A DNA stretch of 64,000 bases from Dehalococcoidia bacterium (GTDB taxonomy: Bacteria; Chloroflexota; Dehalococcoidia; Lucifugimonadales; UBA1127), in NCBI GenBank assembly GCA_965261405.1, contig CBDHDD010000002.1:1075880-1139879 (forward strand), read 5' to 3'. The notes below the pieces were generated by a model, which was not told the DNA's origin, did not search any database, and saw only the letters and a list, made by a program, of their open reading frames with translations. A program made the position numbers and the translations under genes. Positions within the stretch are counted from its first letter, which is position 1. The number at the start of each line of letters is the position of its first letter. Positions 12,858 through 22,329 of this stretch are shown piece after piece.

Positions 12858-14708
12858 CTACGCCCCGGCCCGCGACTTGGCCTCTCGCAGCGCCACCGTG
12901 AGAGCGGGCACCACCTCGGCCCAATCGCCGACGATGCCGTAGTCGCAGGAGCGGAAGATGAAGGCGCGGGCGCGCGTGTTAATGGCCACGACCGTCCCCG
13001 CTCTCAGCACGCCCACCATGTGGTTGAGGTTGCCGCTGACGCCAACCGCAACGTACAGCTTCGGCGCAATGGCCTTGCCGGTGATGCCTACTTGCTGCTG
13101 CTTCGACACCCAGCCCCGGTCCGTCACCTCCCGTGTGGCGGCCACCGCCGCGTCCAGCGTCTCCGCCAGCTCGTGGACCGGGCCGTAGTTGTCGGGTGTG
13201 CCGACACCCATTCCAATGCTCACCACAACGTCAGCGTCATAGAGGCGGGCGCCCTCGCCGCCGACTTCGTTCTCTGATGACACCACGGTAACCGGGTCCT
13301 CCAGCGCGGCCGCCGGCACATCAAGCTCGTCCGTCACCGCCGTTCGCGAGTCGTCCCGCGTCGCACGGGCCAGCATGCCGGGCCGCACGGTCGCCATCTG
13401 CGGCGTCGTGCGTGACAGGATGGGCGAAACGATGTTGCCACCGAAGGCAGGCTTGTACTGTACCAACTGACCTTCGCTGTTGATGGCCAAGTCAATGCAG
13501 TCGCCAGTCAGGCCAAGGCCTAGCCTTGCGGCCAGCCGGGCAGCCAGGTCGCGGCCATTCACTGTCGCAGGAAGCAGCAGCGCATAGGGCCGCTTGCCCG
13601 CTACGGCGTCCGCCAGCACGCGCGTGTAGGGCAGCGTGGCGTACTGGGCCAGCCCAGGATGGTCTGCCACAAAGACCAGGTCCGCACCATGGGCCGCCAT
13701 TTCCGGGACATGCCGCTCCACATCGTGGCCAATCAGCACCGCCGCCACGGCTCGATCAGATTGCGCCGCCAGCTTGCCGGCGACCCCGAGCAGCTCGTAG
13801 GTCACGGGCCGCAATGCGCCTTCAGCATCCTGCTCCGCAATCACCCAGATGGCATCGAAGGGGTTCTTGGGGAAACGGGCCTGCCCTGCGGCTTCGCCAT
13901 TGGTAGCCTCGCCCCAGCCTCGGAAGAGTCCACGCCCTTCCAGCTCCTCCACGAGCCGTCGCACGTTGACCTGAACGTCCTCGTCGTCGAAGACCTCCGG
14001 TTGGCGCGTGCTCTCGAAACTCTCGATGGCGTCCACCCACGTGGGTGAGCCAGCGAATCCAAAGATGGACGTGTCCTGCGACAGGTCCGCCGCAGTCACC
14101 TCTTCAATGGGCTTCTCCTTGGCTGCCTCCAACTGCTCCGGTCCGGGCCACATTTCCTCCGCGATGCCGTCGCCACAGGCGAGCAATACCGGCAGGGGGG
14201 ACTCTACAGTCTGCATCCCGTCGTCCGTCTCCCGCCGCGCAGAGATGACGTTGCGGGCCGCGTCGAAGCTCAGGCCGCTCACGCTCGTGACCTGCGGGAT
14301 GGAAAGCATCTCCGCCACCTCGGGCCCAACCTGGCCAGTCTCGGCGTCCAGGCTGTGCTTACCGCAGAGGATAAGGTCGTACTCCCCACGGGCCAGCGCA
14401 AGGGCCAGGGCGCGGGCCGTCGCGAGGGTGTCTGCACCGGCAAAGGCGCGGTCCGTCAGCAGCACGGCCCGGTCGGCACCAAGCGCCAGGCACTGCACCA
14501 ACGCGTCCCGCGATTGCGGAGGGCCCATCGTAAGCGCAGTCACCTCGCCGCCGTGCTCCTCGACCAGCTTGACGGCGGCGGACACGGCCAGAAGGTCGTA
14601 TGAATTGACCTCGAGCGGCACGCCCTCCCGCACGATGGTGCGGGTCTCGGGGTCAAACCGGACGCGGGCGATGATCGGGATCTGCTTGATGCATACGGCA
14701 ATCTTCAT
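12858..14708 (-). CDS. electron transfer flavoprotein, fused beta-alpha (EtfB-EtfA) polypeptide
   Basis: 616 aa. The N-terminal third, MKIAVCIKQIP..., is EtfB-like. The C-terminal half is EtfA-like (PKLYVAVGVSGNLNHMVG FAD-binding region). Confidence 0.85.
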   Translation of the reverse strand: MKIAVCIKQIPIIARVRFDPETRTIVREGVPLEVNSYDLLAVSAAVKLVEEHGGEVTALTMGPPQSRDALVQCLALGADRAVLLTDRAFAGADTLATARALALALARGEYDLILCGKHSLDAETGQVGPEVAEMLSIPQVTSVSGLSFDAARNVISARRETDDGMQTVESPLPVLLACGDGIAEEMWPGPEQLEAAKEKPIEEVTAADLSQDTSIFGFAGSPTWVDAIESFESTRQPEVFDDEDVQVNVRRLVEELEGRGLFRGWGEATNGEAAGQARFPKNPFDAIWVIAEQDAEGALRPVTYELLGVAGKLAAQSDRAVAAVLIGHDVERHVPEMAAHGADLVFVADHPGLAQYATLPYTRVLADAVAGKRPYALLLPATVNGRDLAARLAARLGLGLTGDCIDLAINSEGQLVQYKPAFGGNIVSPILSRTTPQMATVRPGMLARATRDDSRTAVTDELDVPAAALEDPVTVVSSENEVGGEGARLYDADVVVSIGMGVGTPDNYGPVHELAETLDAAVAATREVTDRGWVSKQQQVGITGKAIAPKLYVAVGVSGNLNHMVGVLRAGTVVAINTRARAFIFRSCDYGIVGDWAEVVPALTVALREAKSRAGA

Positions 14709-14989
14709 TGAAGCCCCCTAGGTTGGAATGCGCTCCGTATTCTACCCCACGCAGCGACCTCGCGCCGTTCCCGCGGTAGACGTCACTCGCAGCCCTCCCC
14801 TCAGCCGCCCTCCCCCACCCACCTTTATCGCTGCACTTGTGAACAAATTCGCAGATAAGTTACCGAAATGAGTTTATTTAGTACGTGATACAGGCAGAGT
14901 TCGGAGCGTACTTGACAATTATCGTCAGCGATACAACAATCTCTCTATTCGTTCAACCTATATATGGCATTGCCTAAGGGGGAGTAGTA

Positions 14990-16858
14990 ATGAACGTTTC
15001 TGTTCTGTGCACGACTCGGCTGTTCCTGCTGTTTGCGGCCCTTAGTGCAGCGCTGCTTACGATGGCCGCCTGCGGAGGCAGTGACGACGCCTCCGGGGAC
15101 GCCGCTCCGGCCGAGCCGGTGGCGCAGTCGGAGCCGGCGCAAGCGCAAGAGGCCGCCGCTGCACCCACTCCCATCGCGGCAGTGGTGTCCGTTCCAGTGA
15201 CCTCGTCAACAGCTGTCCCAGCCGCCACGGCGTCGACCCCTGCTTCCGACAACTCGTCAAGCGGCAGCGGAGACGCTATGGCCATGGGCCCCAAGGTCGA
15301 AAGGGTCGTGTTTGGCATCAATATGTCCCAAGAGACTACCTCCCCACCCTTGGGTGGCGGCGGCATCGCCGGTTTCATCTCGTTGAGGCCCATGTATGAA
15401 TTCCTCGTGGACATCACGCCGGACAAGGGACAGTTCGTGCCCATGCTGGCCACCGGGTGGTCCATTGAGGGCGGCGACAAAATCCGTTTCCAATTGCGAG
15501 AGGGCGTGCCTTTCCATAAGGACCAGGGCGAATTCACTGCCCAGGACGTAGTCCACACGTGGGAGCAGGTGACTCGCGAAGACGCGGACCACGGCAACAC
15601 CACGCTCTTTCGTTCAGCCACGGACCACATCGAGATCATCAATGACCATGAAGTCCTGTGGCACCTGACCAGCCCGGAAGCGGAGCTCTTTTGGATCATC
15701 TCGCAAATGTCCGCGGGTGGCATGGAAATCCAGAGCAAAGACCATTTTGACTCGCTTGCAGGCGGTGACCCCCAGTTCCGCCCGGACTTTGAGGGCGAGG
15801 CTATTGCGGGGACCGGGCCTTACCAATTCAACGGCCGCTCACAAGCCCAGAACATCAGGTTCAAGAGCGTCCCCTGGGACCACTGGCAGTTGAACACCGA
15901 CTTCCCGGAGTTTGAATGGCGCATCATCAATGAGAACTCCACCCGTCAAGCAGCCCTCTTTGCCGGCGAAATCCACATTGCGGCCCTCCCAGAGGACCTC
16001 AAAGTGCAGGCAGCCGATAGGGGCATGAAGAACATTGCAGGCAAGGTCAAGGGCCTGCGAACCTTCATGAGTTTCAACTGCTGCTACATGGTGGACGGCA
16101 GCCGCGCCGCAGACGCCCAATACCTCTACCCGGACAGCCGCCTCCTGGACGGACGGGTACGGAAGGCCCTGAACAAGGCAGTCAACAAGGACGAGCTGAA
16201 CGAGGCTTTCTTCAACAACAGGGCCTTCTCCATGTACCACACTCATCTGAACGAGAACACCCTGGGCTGGGACCCCAGCTGGGAGCAGCGATACTCAACG
16301 GAGTACGGCTACGACCCTGCGGAGGCGCGGGAGCTGTTGCGGGAGGCGGGGTATTCAGAGAACAATCCTTTTGAAATCACCACCTACTCAGAGGAGCTAA
16401 CCGCCTACGCGGGCGCCGCCGACGTCGTGGATGTCATCGTGAACTACTGGACTGAAGTGGGAGTGAAGGTCACCCTGGAGGCGTACGACCCAACCCGGTT
16501 CCGTTCGGCAGAGCGAGGGTTTGAGGTCTACAACGACGCGGACATCGTCGGTACCTCCTCCTACCCGTTCGTAGCCCAGCGGATCTACAACTGGGCATAC
16601 CGGGCGACCAGCAACAACTACACCTCGCCTGAGATCAACGTCCTTGGCAGCAAGGTCCGAGGCATCCTGGACTTGGAGGAACAGGCGAAGGCCTGGAAGG
16701 AGTGGGGAGAGGCAGTCTACAGCAGCCACGCTAACCTCAACCTCTTCTGGTTGCCCGCAGAGGCTACTGTCGACCCGAATGTAGTGGCTGACTGGGTATT
16801 TCCCAGCAACGTCACCGGCACCTTCACCCACATCCCCCACATCAAGGCCGTGAAGTAG
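14990..16858 (+). CDS. ABC transporter substrate-binding lipoprotein, family 5 (peptide/nickel type)
   Basis: 622 aa. Signal peptide with lipobox LTMAAC, low-complexity linker, then an SBP_bac_5-like body. No permease or ATPase gene adjacent. Confidence 0.85.
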   Translation: MNVSVLCTTRLFLLFAALSAALLTMAACGGSDDASGDAAPAEPVAQSEPAQAQEAAAAPTPIAAVVSVPVTSSTAVPAATASTPASDNSSSGSGDAMAMGPKVERVVFGINMSQETTSPPLGGGGIAGFISLRPMYEFLVDITPDKGQFVPMLATGWSIEGGDKIRFQLREGVPFHKDQGEFTAQDVVHTWEQVTREDADHGNTTLFRSATDHIEIINDHEVLWHLTSPEAELFWIISQMSAGGMEIQSKDHFDSLAGGDPQFRPDFEGEAIAGTGPYQFNGRSQAQNIRFKSVPWDHWQLNTDFPEFEWRIINENSTRQAALFAGEIHIAALPEDLKVQAADRGMKNIAGKVKGLRTFMSFNCCYMVDGSRAADAQYLYPDSRLLDGRVRKALNKAVNKDELNEAFFNNRAFSMYHTHLNENTLGWDPSWEQRYSTEYGYDPAEARELLREAGYSENNPFEITTYSEELTAYAGAADVVDVIVNYWTEVGVKVTLEAYDPTRFRSAERGFEVYNDADIVGTSSYPFVAQRIYNWAYRATSNNYTSPEINVLGSKVRGILDLEEQAKAWKEWGEAVYSSHANLNLFWLPAEATVDPNVVADWVFPSNVTGTFTHIPHIKAVK

Positions 16859-16892
16859 CGGGGCAACTCCCGCATCGTCTCGGGAACTCAAA

Positions 16893-16919
16893 GGGCCCCG
16901 GCGCCTGATGCCGGGGCCC
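16893..16919 (+). terminator. GC-rich hairpin downstream of the SBP gene
   Basis: 10-bp stem GGGCCCCGGC / GCCGGGGCCC with a 7-nt loop, 35 nt after the stop. No clear U-tract. Confidence 0.45.
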
Positions 16920-17035
16920 CTCACCATTGCTCTCTCGTTCTTTCCTTGCCTGCCCGATAGCACCAACTGCAGTGCTGCCCGCATCGCGCCTTCCGGGGTA
17001 CAATGGATTGAGCCCACATTCAAGCGGGAGCAGAT

Positions 17036-17761
17036 ATGGCAATCCAGGTAGTGGTGTTCGATGCCTTCGACACGTTGTTCTTGAACACGAGAGACCTTTG
17101 GCGGGACTGTTTCGCGCGCATTTGCAAGGACCAAGGCTTGGAGACAGACCCAAACAATCTCTATGACGCGTGGGCAATATCTGAGTTGGACTTCCGTCGA
17201 AACAGAATCGACGTTGAGACGATGACTGCCCAGGACCCGTTCCAGACGTATCAGGAGGTGTGGCACGACTCCTTCCTGGGCGCCTTTGCCGCACTCCGCA
17301 TCGCGGGGGATGCGGACGCCGCGGTCACGTACTTTCTCCAGGACCTGAGTACGCGTCCTGTCTTCCCGGAGACGTTGGGCGTGTTGGAGCGACTGCGTGA
17401 AATGGCGCCCATTGCGGTGCTCTCCAACGCAGACGACGCCTTCCTCTACCCGGTCATCGAACGCCACGGGCTTTCGGACACCTTCGCCGAGGTGCTTTCG
17501 TCGGAGGAGGCGCGGTTGTACAAGCCGCACCCGGACATCTTCACACAAATGCTCGAGCGCCTGAGGACGTCGCCGGGGGAGACACTGATGGTGGGCGACA
17601 CCCTGTTGGAAGACATCTACGGCAGCCACAACGTTGGGATGCCCAGCGCCTGGATCAATCGCTACGGAGCGCCAATGAACGGGCGAGTAGCGCCCACGTA
17701 CGAGATGACGACCCTGGAGGACCTGCTCCCCATCGTCGCCGGTGAGCCGGTGGGAGGGTAA
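17036..17761 (+). CDS. HAD-superfamily hydrolase (haloacid dehalogenase-like)
   Basis: 241 aa. VVFDAFDTLF motif I (DxDxT), LSN motif II, a K in motif III, MVGDTLLEDI motif IV. Confidence 0.8.
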   Translation: MAIQVVVFDAFDTLFLNTRDLWRDCFARICKDQGLETDPNNLYDAWAISELDFRRNRIDVETMTAQDPFQTYQEVWHDSFLGAFAALRIAGDADAAVTYFLQDLSTRPVFPETLGVLERLREMAPIAVLSNADDAFLYPVIERHGLSDTFAEVLSSEEARLYKPHPDIFTQMLERLRTSPGETLMVGDTLLEDIYGSHNVGMPSAWINRYGAPMNGRVAPTYEMTTLEDLLPIVAGEPVGG

Positions 17762-17773
17762 GGAGGAAGCGCC

Positions 17774-18397
17774 ATGACCATGCCGCTGAAGCGCAACGAG
17801 AACGGCCTCATCCCAACCATCGCGCAGCACCATGAGACAGGGCAGGTGCTCATGCTGGCCTACATGTCGGCAGAGTCTCTTGCGCACACGCTGCGGGACG
17901 GCGACGCGTGGTTCTACAGCCGCAGCCGGCAGGCGCTCTGGCACAAGGGTGAGGAGTCAGGCAACTTCCTGCGGGTGAAGTCGATGCACGTGGACTGCGA
18001 CGGCGATACGCTGCTCATGAAGGTGGACCCGGTAGGGCCCGCGTGTCACACGGGCGCGGTCTCCTGCTTCTTCGAAGAACTGGACGCCGAACCGACATAC
18101 GCCGAGAGCGACGCGGGCGTTGGCGTGTTGGAGGAGCTCTTCGCGGTCATTAAGGACAGGCAGGCGAACCCGACTCCCGAAAGCTACACGGCAAAGCTGC
18201 TTCAGGAGGGCGTGGGCCGCGTGGCGCAGAAGGTGATAGAGGAGGCCGGCGAGTCCGCCATCGCGGCGGTGCAAGGCGAGCGAGCGGCGCTGACCGGAGA
18301 AGTTGCAGACCTGCTCTACCACACGCTGACGCTGCTTGCCGCCGCTGACGTCTCCCCTCGCGACGTGTGGGCAGAGCTCGCCAAGCGCCGAAAGTAG
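17774..18397 (+). CDS. hisI: bifunctional phosphoribosyl-AMP cyclohydrolase / phosphoribosyl-ATP diphosphatase
   Basis: 207 aa. HisI part ([23 protein letters not shown]) followed by HisE part (ESYTAKLL...EAADLLYH). Confidence 0.9.
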   Translation: MTMPLKRNENGLIPTIAQHHETGQVLMLAYMSAESLAHTLRDGDAWFYSRSRQALWHKGEESGNFLRVKSMHVDCDGDTLLMKVDPVGPACHTGAVSCFFEELDAEPTYAESDAGVGVLEELFAVIKDRQANPTPESYTAKLLQEGVGRVAQKVIEEAGESAIAAVQGERAALTGEVADLLYHTLTLLAAADVSPRDVWAELAKRRK

Positions 18398-18475
18398 TTG
18401 CCCCTGCCCTTTGGCCGCGTCTCGGCTTTGTGGGCGAGTCGGAGATCGTCAGACACTAACGGAGGAAACAGTCTC

Positions 18476-19381
18476 GTGTTGTCATACGCGGAAGTGCGCG
18501 TGCCCGCCACAACGGCAAACCTCGGTCCAGGGTTCGACTGCCTGGGCATGGCTCTCGACATCTGGAACACGGTGCGGTTGGAGACTGGCGGCTCGGGCGT
18601 CACGATCACCGGCGAGGGCGAGGGTGCACTGAGCACTGGCCGCGACAATCTCGTATTTCGAGCTGCCGCAGCCCTCTTTGAAGCGCTAGGGAAGCCAGTG
18701 CCACAGTTGTCTCTCACTTGCGACAACCAGGTGCCGCTGGGCCGGGGGCTCGGCAGCAGCTCCGCCGCGGCGGTCAGCGGGTTGGTTGCGGCCAACGCCC
18801 TCTGTGAGAACCCGCTTTCCCCGGATGAGGTGCTGGCGCTGGCCGTCGAAATAGAGGGACATCCGGACAACGTCACCCCTGCGCTGCTCGGCGGGTGCCA
18901 AATCGTGGTACAGGACGGCGAGCGACTGGTGACCTCGCCGGTGGCGCTGGCCCGAGACCTGTGGGCGGTGTTGTACATCCCGTCGCAGCAGATGCCGACG
19001 CAGCAGGCGCGGGGGCTCCTTGGTCCGACCGTCAGCCGCGGCGACGCTGTGTTCAATATGGGCCGCGCCGCGCTCCTGGTTAACGCCCTCTCCAGCGGCG
19101 ACATCTCACTGCTGCGCACCGCGACCCAGGACCGGCTGCATCAGCCAGCGCGCGGCGTGCTCTTCCCAGCCATGGCGCGCATCATTCGAGCGGCGCTGGA
19201 GGCCGGCGCGGCTGGGGCGTTCCTGTCAGGCGCGGGCTCGACAATCCTGGCGTTGACCGTCGACCGCGAGATGACTGTCGGGTACGAGATGGCGGACATG
19301 GCGGACAAAGCCGGGGTGCCGGGGGACCTGAAGGTAACGAAAGTGAGTCCGCAGGGCGCACACGTGGTGGCCACCGGGTAG
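18476..19381 (+). CDS. thrB: homoserine kinase
   Basis: VRVPATTANLGPGFD and GLGSSSAA (GHMP kinase motif). Start placed at GTG 18476 behind GGAGG; the ORF opens at 18398. Confidence 0.85.
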   Translation: MLSYAEVRVPATTANLGPGFDCLGMALDIWNTVRLETGGSGVTITGEGEGALSTGRDNLVFRAAAALFEALGKPVPQLSLTCDNQVPLGRGLGSSSAAAVSGLVAANALCENPLSPDEVLALAVEIEGHPDNVTPALLGGCQIVVQDGERLVTSPVALARDLWAVLYIPSQQMPTQQARGLLGPTVSRGDAVFNMGRAALLVNALSSGDISLLRTATQDRLHQPARGVLFPAMARIIRAALEAGAAGAFLSGAGSTILALTVDREMTVGYEMADMADKAGVPGDLKVTKVSPQGAHVVATG

Positions 19382-19450
19382 CATGATCGAGAGATTCCCG
19401 CGCACGGGCGAAATGCACACGGCAACACACAAGCCGGAGAAGAATCACGT

Positions 19451-20665
19451 ATGGCGGTCATAGTACAAAAGTATGGGGGGAGTTCCCTGGCTGACTCCGA
19501 GAAGATTCGGGGCGTCGCGCGGCGCATTGCGGCAGCGAGGGCATCGAACTCCGGCGTCGTGGTGGTCTGCTCGGCCATGGGCGACTCAACAGACGAGCTT
19601 TTGGCGCTGTCGCACAGCGTCGCCGCTTCGCCGGTGGAGCGCGAGGTAGACCTGCTGCTATCGACAGGTGAAATCGTATCCTGCGCGCTGGTGGCGATGG
19701 CGCTCAACGACATGGACTGCCCTGCGGTGAGCCTCACGGGCCTGCAGGCGGGCATCCAGACAGAGGCGCTGCACGGAAAGGCGCGCATTGCTGACGTCGC
19801 GCCGGACCGCATCCTGGCGGAGCTGGACGCCGGCCGCGTCGCCGTGGTCTGCGGATTCCAGGGAGTGACCGAGGAGCAGGAGGTCACCACGTTGGGCCGC
19901 GGCGGTTCGGACACAACGGCCGTGGCGCTGGCAGCCGCGCTCGGCGCGGAGCGGTGCGAGATCTACACGGACGTCGAGGGCATCTACACCGCCGATCCGC
20001 GTATCGTGCCCGAGGCGCGCAAGCTGGTTGAGATTGACTACGAGGAGATGCTGGAGCTGGCGGCCAGCGGCGCCAAGATGCAGCCCCGCTCCATTGAGCT
20101 GGGCGAGCTCTATGACATTCCGATTCTGGTGGCCTCGACGTTCAGCGAGGCGCCGGGCACCCTCATTCACCGGGAGGCAGGCATGGAGGTCCGCAGCAAG
20201 GTGCGCGGTGTGGCGTGTGACACAAACGTCGCGAAGGTGACAGTGCTGGGGGTGCCGGACCGTCCCGGCATCGCGGCGGCCTTCTTCGAGCCGCTGGCGC
20301 AGGCCGGCGTCAGCGTCGACACCATCGTGCAGAACACCAGCGTGGAAAACCTGACGGACCTCTCCTTCACGGTGACGCGCACGGACGTCGAGAAGACGCT
20401 CCCGCTGGTGAGGCCCGTGGCGGAGGCGATCGGCGCTCGTGGCGTAACCCATGACGAGGCGCTGGCGAAGGTGAGCGTCGTTGGCACCGGCATGCAGAAC
20501 TCGCCGGGCTACGCCTCCACGATGTTCCGTGCGCTATCCGACGCGGGCGTGAACATCGAGATGATCACAACGTCGGAGATCCGCATCACTTGCATCGTGT
20601 CTGGCGGCCAAGCGGCCGATGCCGTGCGAGCCCTCCACCGGGCGTTCGAGCTGGACATCGACTAA
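19451..20665 (+). CDS. lysC: aspartate kinase
   Basis: 404 aa. VQKYGGSSL N-terminus, GRGGSDTTA motif, two C-terminal ACT domains. Confidence 0.9.
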   Translation: MAVIVQKYGGSSLADSEKIRGVARRIAAARASNSGVVVVCSAMGDSTDELLALSHSVAASPVEREVDLLLSTGEIVSCALVAMALNDMDCPAVSLTGLQAGIQTEALHGKARIADVAPDRILAELDAGRVAVVCGFQGVTEEQEVTTLGRGGSDTTAVALAAALGAERCEIYTDVEGIYTADPRIVPEARKLVEIDYEEMLELAASGAKMQPRSIELGELYDIPILVASTFSEAPGTLIHREAGMEVRSKVRGVACDTNVAKVTVLGVPDRPGIAAAFFEPLAQAGVSVDTIVQNTSVENLTDLSFTVTRTDVEKTLPLVRPVAEAIGARGVTHDEALAKVSVVGTGMQNSPGYASTMFRALSDAGVNIEMITTSEIRITCIVSGGQAADAVRALHRAFELDID

Positions 20666-21096
20666 CCCGGGGCTTCCATCTCCGCCCACGGGTCGTAGCT
20701 TCCGATGTTCCAGAGCTGTCCCTCGGGGTCGCGGACCGCGAAGAGACTTCCTCCGTAGTGCTGCTCTGTGAACTCCATGACGATGTTGGCGCCGGCGGCC
20801 TGGACTCGTTCGTAGAGAGAGCGCACATCCTGCACCACAATGTACGCGCTTTGCGTCAGAGAAGCTTCCGGCGCAGGCGAACCGACAATGTCGCCAAAGT
20901 CGTCGTCGTGGGCTGAGCCGAGCATTATCATGCCGTTATCGAGAACGAGCTGCGCGTGGGCTATCGTGCCGTCCTCGTTGGGGACGACGAGGTGTCGCTC
21001 AAACCCCAGGACGTCGCACAGCCACTCAATTGCAGCCGGGGCATCACGATACCGCATGCCCGGGATGATGTTGGCCTTCAGGTCTGATCCGGCCAT
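20662..21096 (-). CDS. VOC (glyoxalase/bleomycin-resistance) family protein
   Basis: 144 aa with paired beta-alpha-beta-beta-beta-like halves typical of the family. Its stop overlaps the lysC stop on the opposite strand. Confidence 0.75.
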   Translation of the reverse strand: MAGSDLKANIIPGMRYRDAPAAIEWLCDVLGFERHLVVPNEDGTIAHAQLVLDNGMIMLGSAHDDDFGDIVGSPAPEASLTQSAYIVVQDVRSLYERVQAAGANIVMEFTEQHYGGSLFAVRDPEGQLWNIGSYDPWAEMEAPG

Positions 21097-21125
21097 GCAG
21101 AACTCCTATCGCACGTCCCGACGTC

Positions 21126-21707
21126 CTACACTCCCAGGCTGGTCATCAGGTCCTTGATGGCCACGCGCGTGGGCTTGACGCCGGAGGGCGGACGAAGGCC
21201 GATGGGCTCATTCTGCACCTCTGGCACGGTCTTGACGCAGATGAAGACCGGCCCCTCCGCTTCCAGCACCTCGTCGGCACGGGACGCGAACTCTTCAAGA
21301 TCGTCGAACTCATAGGCGCTGGCGTAGCCCGCTTCCCTGGCCATGCCGGCAAACGAGAGTTTGCCGACGCCGGGAATGGGCTGACCACCGGTGACCGCGT
21401 AGACGCCGTTCTCCAGCACGAAGTGGTAGAAGTTCTTGGGCGCCTTCTCCGCCACGGTGACCAGCGTGCCCAAGTTCATGAGCAGGGACCCGTCGCCGTC
21501 AAAGACAAAGACCTTGAGGTCCGGCTGGGCCAGCGCTACGCCCAGCGCAAAGGATGATGCCTTGCCCATCGCGCCGCCCAGGGGGATGTCCCGGTCCTTG
21601 TTGCTGCTGACCTCGTTCCAACCCCGGCTGCCGGTCATCGTCGGCACAACGACGCCGTTGTCGCGGTGCTTCTCGACCACCGCCATCAGGTCTACCTGGT
21701 TAATCAT
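21126..21707 (-). CDS. TPP-dependent decarboxylase beta subunit (sulfopyruvate/phosphonopyruvate decarboxylase-like)
   Basis: 193 aa. GDGSLLMNLG TPP-binding motif. Size and pairing with an alpha-like ORF match split ComD/ComE-type enzymes. Confidence 0.7.
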   Translation of the reverse strand: MINQVDLMAVVEKHRDNGVVVPTMTGSRGWNEVSSNKDRDIPLGGAMGKASSFALGVALAQPDLKVFVFDGDGSLLMNLGTLVTVAEKAPKNFYHFVLENGVYAVTGGQPIPGVGKLSFAGMAREAGYASAYEFDDLEEFASRADEVLEAEGPVFICVKTVPEVQNEPIGLRPPSGVKPTRVAIKDLMTSLGV

Positions 21708-21724
21708 GGTTGTTCCTCGCTTTG

Positions 21725-22237
21725 CTATCGATTGAAACCGTGGTACTCGTCGCCGACCAGGACCACCACCGGACCGCTAGTGCGCGCCGCGTCTGCGAAC
21801 GCCGCGGAAATGCGGTCGGCATCGCCATCATGCTCAACCAGGTAGTAGGGCACATTCCAGGCGCGCAGCGTCGGCTCAGTGAAGCGCGCGGCAGAGTCGG
21901 GCGTCAATCCGTGGCGCGTCCAGCCACGGTAGCCGACGAGCATCACGACAGGCATCTGGCAGTCCAGCGCGATGCCGCGGATGGAGTCGCCGGACTCAAG
22001 CATGCCGGTGTTCTGGATGAGCACCACGGGCTTCTTGCCCCCGGCGATGATCCCTGCCGCAATCGCGATGCTCTCGCCTTCCCTGGAAACTGGGATGAGG
22101 TCCAATGTGGGGTCTGCCTCCATGAGCTGGTACATCCAATTGGTCTCGCTGTCCGGCAGGTAGACCACGTGGGTCACGCCGTTCTTCTTGAACTCCTCAA
22201 TGACCGCCTCCGGCCTGAGGAGCGCTTGCTGTGCCAT
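21725..22237 (-). CDS. TPP-dependent decarboxylase alpha subunit (sulfopyruvate/phosphonopyruvate decarboxylase-like)
   Basis: 170 aa from MAQQALLRPE, with GGAGGC upstream. TPP_enzyme_N-like with a GESIAIAAG segment. Confidence 0.7.
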   Translation of the reverse strand: MAQQALLRPEAVIEEFKKNGVTHVVYLPDSETNWMYQLMEADPTLDLIPVSREGESIAIAAGIIAGGKKPVVLIQNTGMLESGDSIRGIALDCQMPVVMLVGYRGWTRHGLTPDSAARFTEPTLRAWNVPYYLVEHDGDADRISAAFADAARTSGPVVVLVGDEYHGFNR

Positions 22238-22329
22238 CTCGCCTCCTTGCGTTGGGCGTTTACGGGCCGCCCTTGACCAGAACATGGTACCAGACCCAGA
22301 GCCTAATGGCCCTGCAGGTCCGGCATTCT

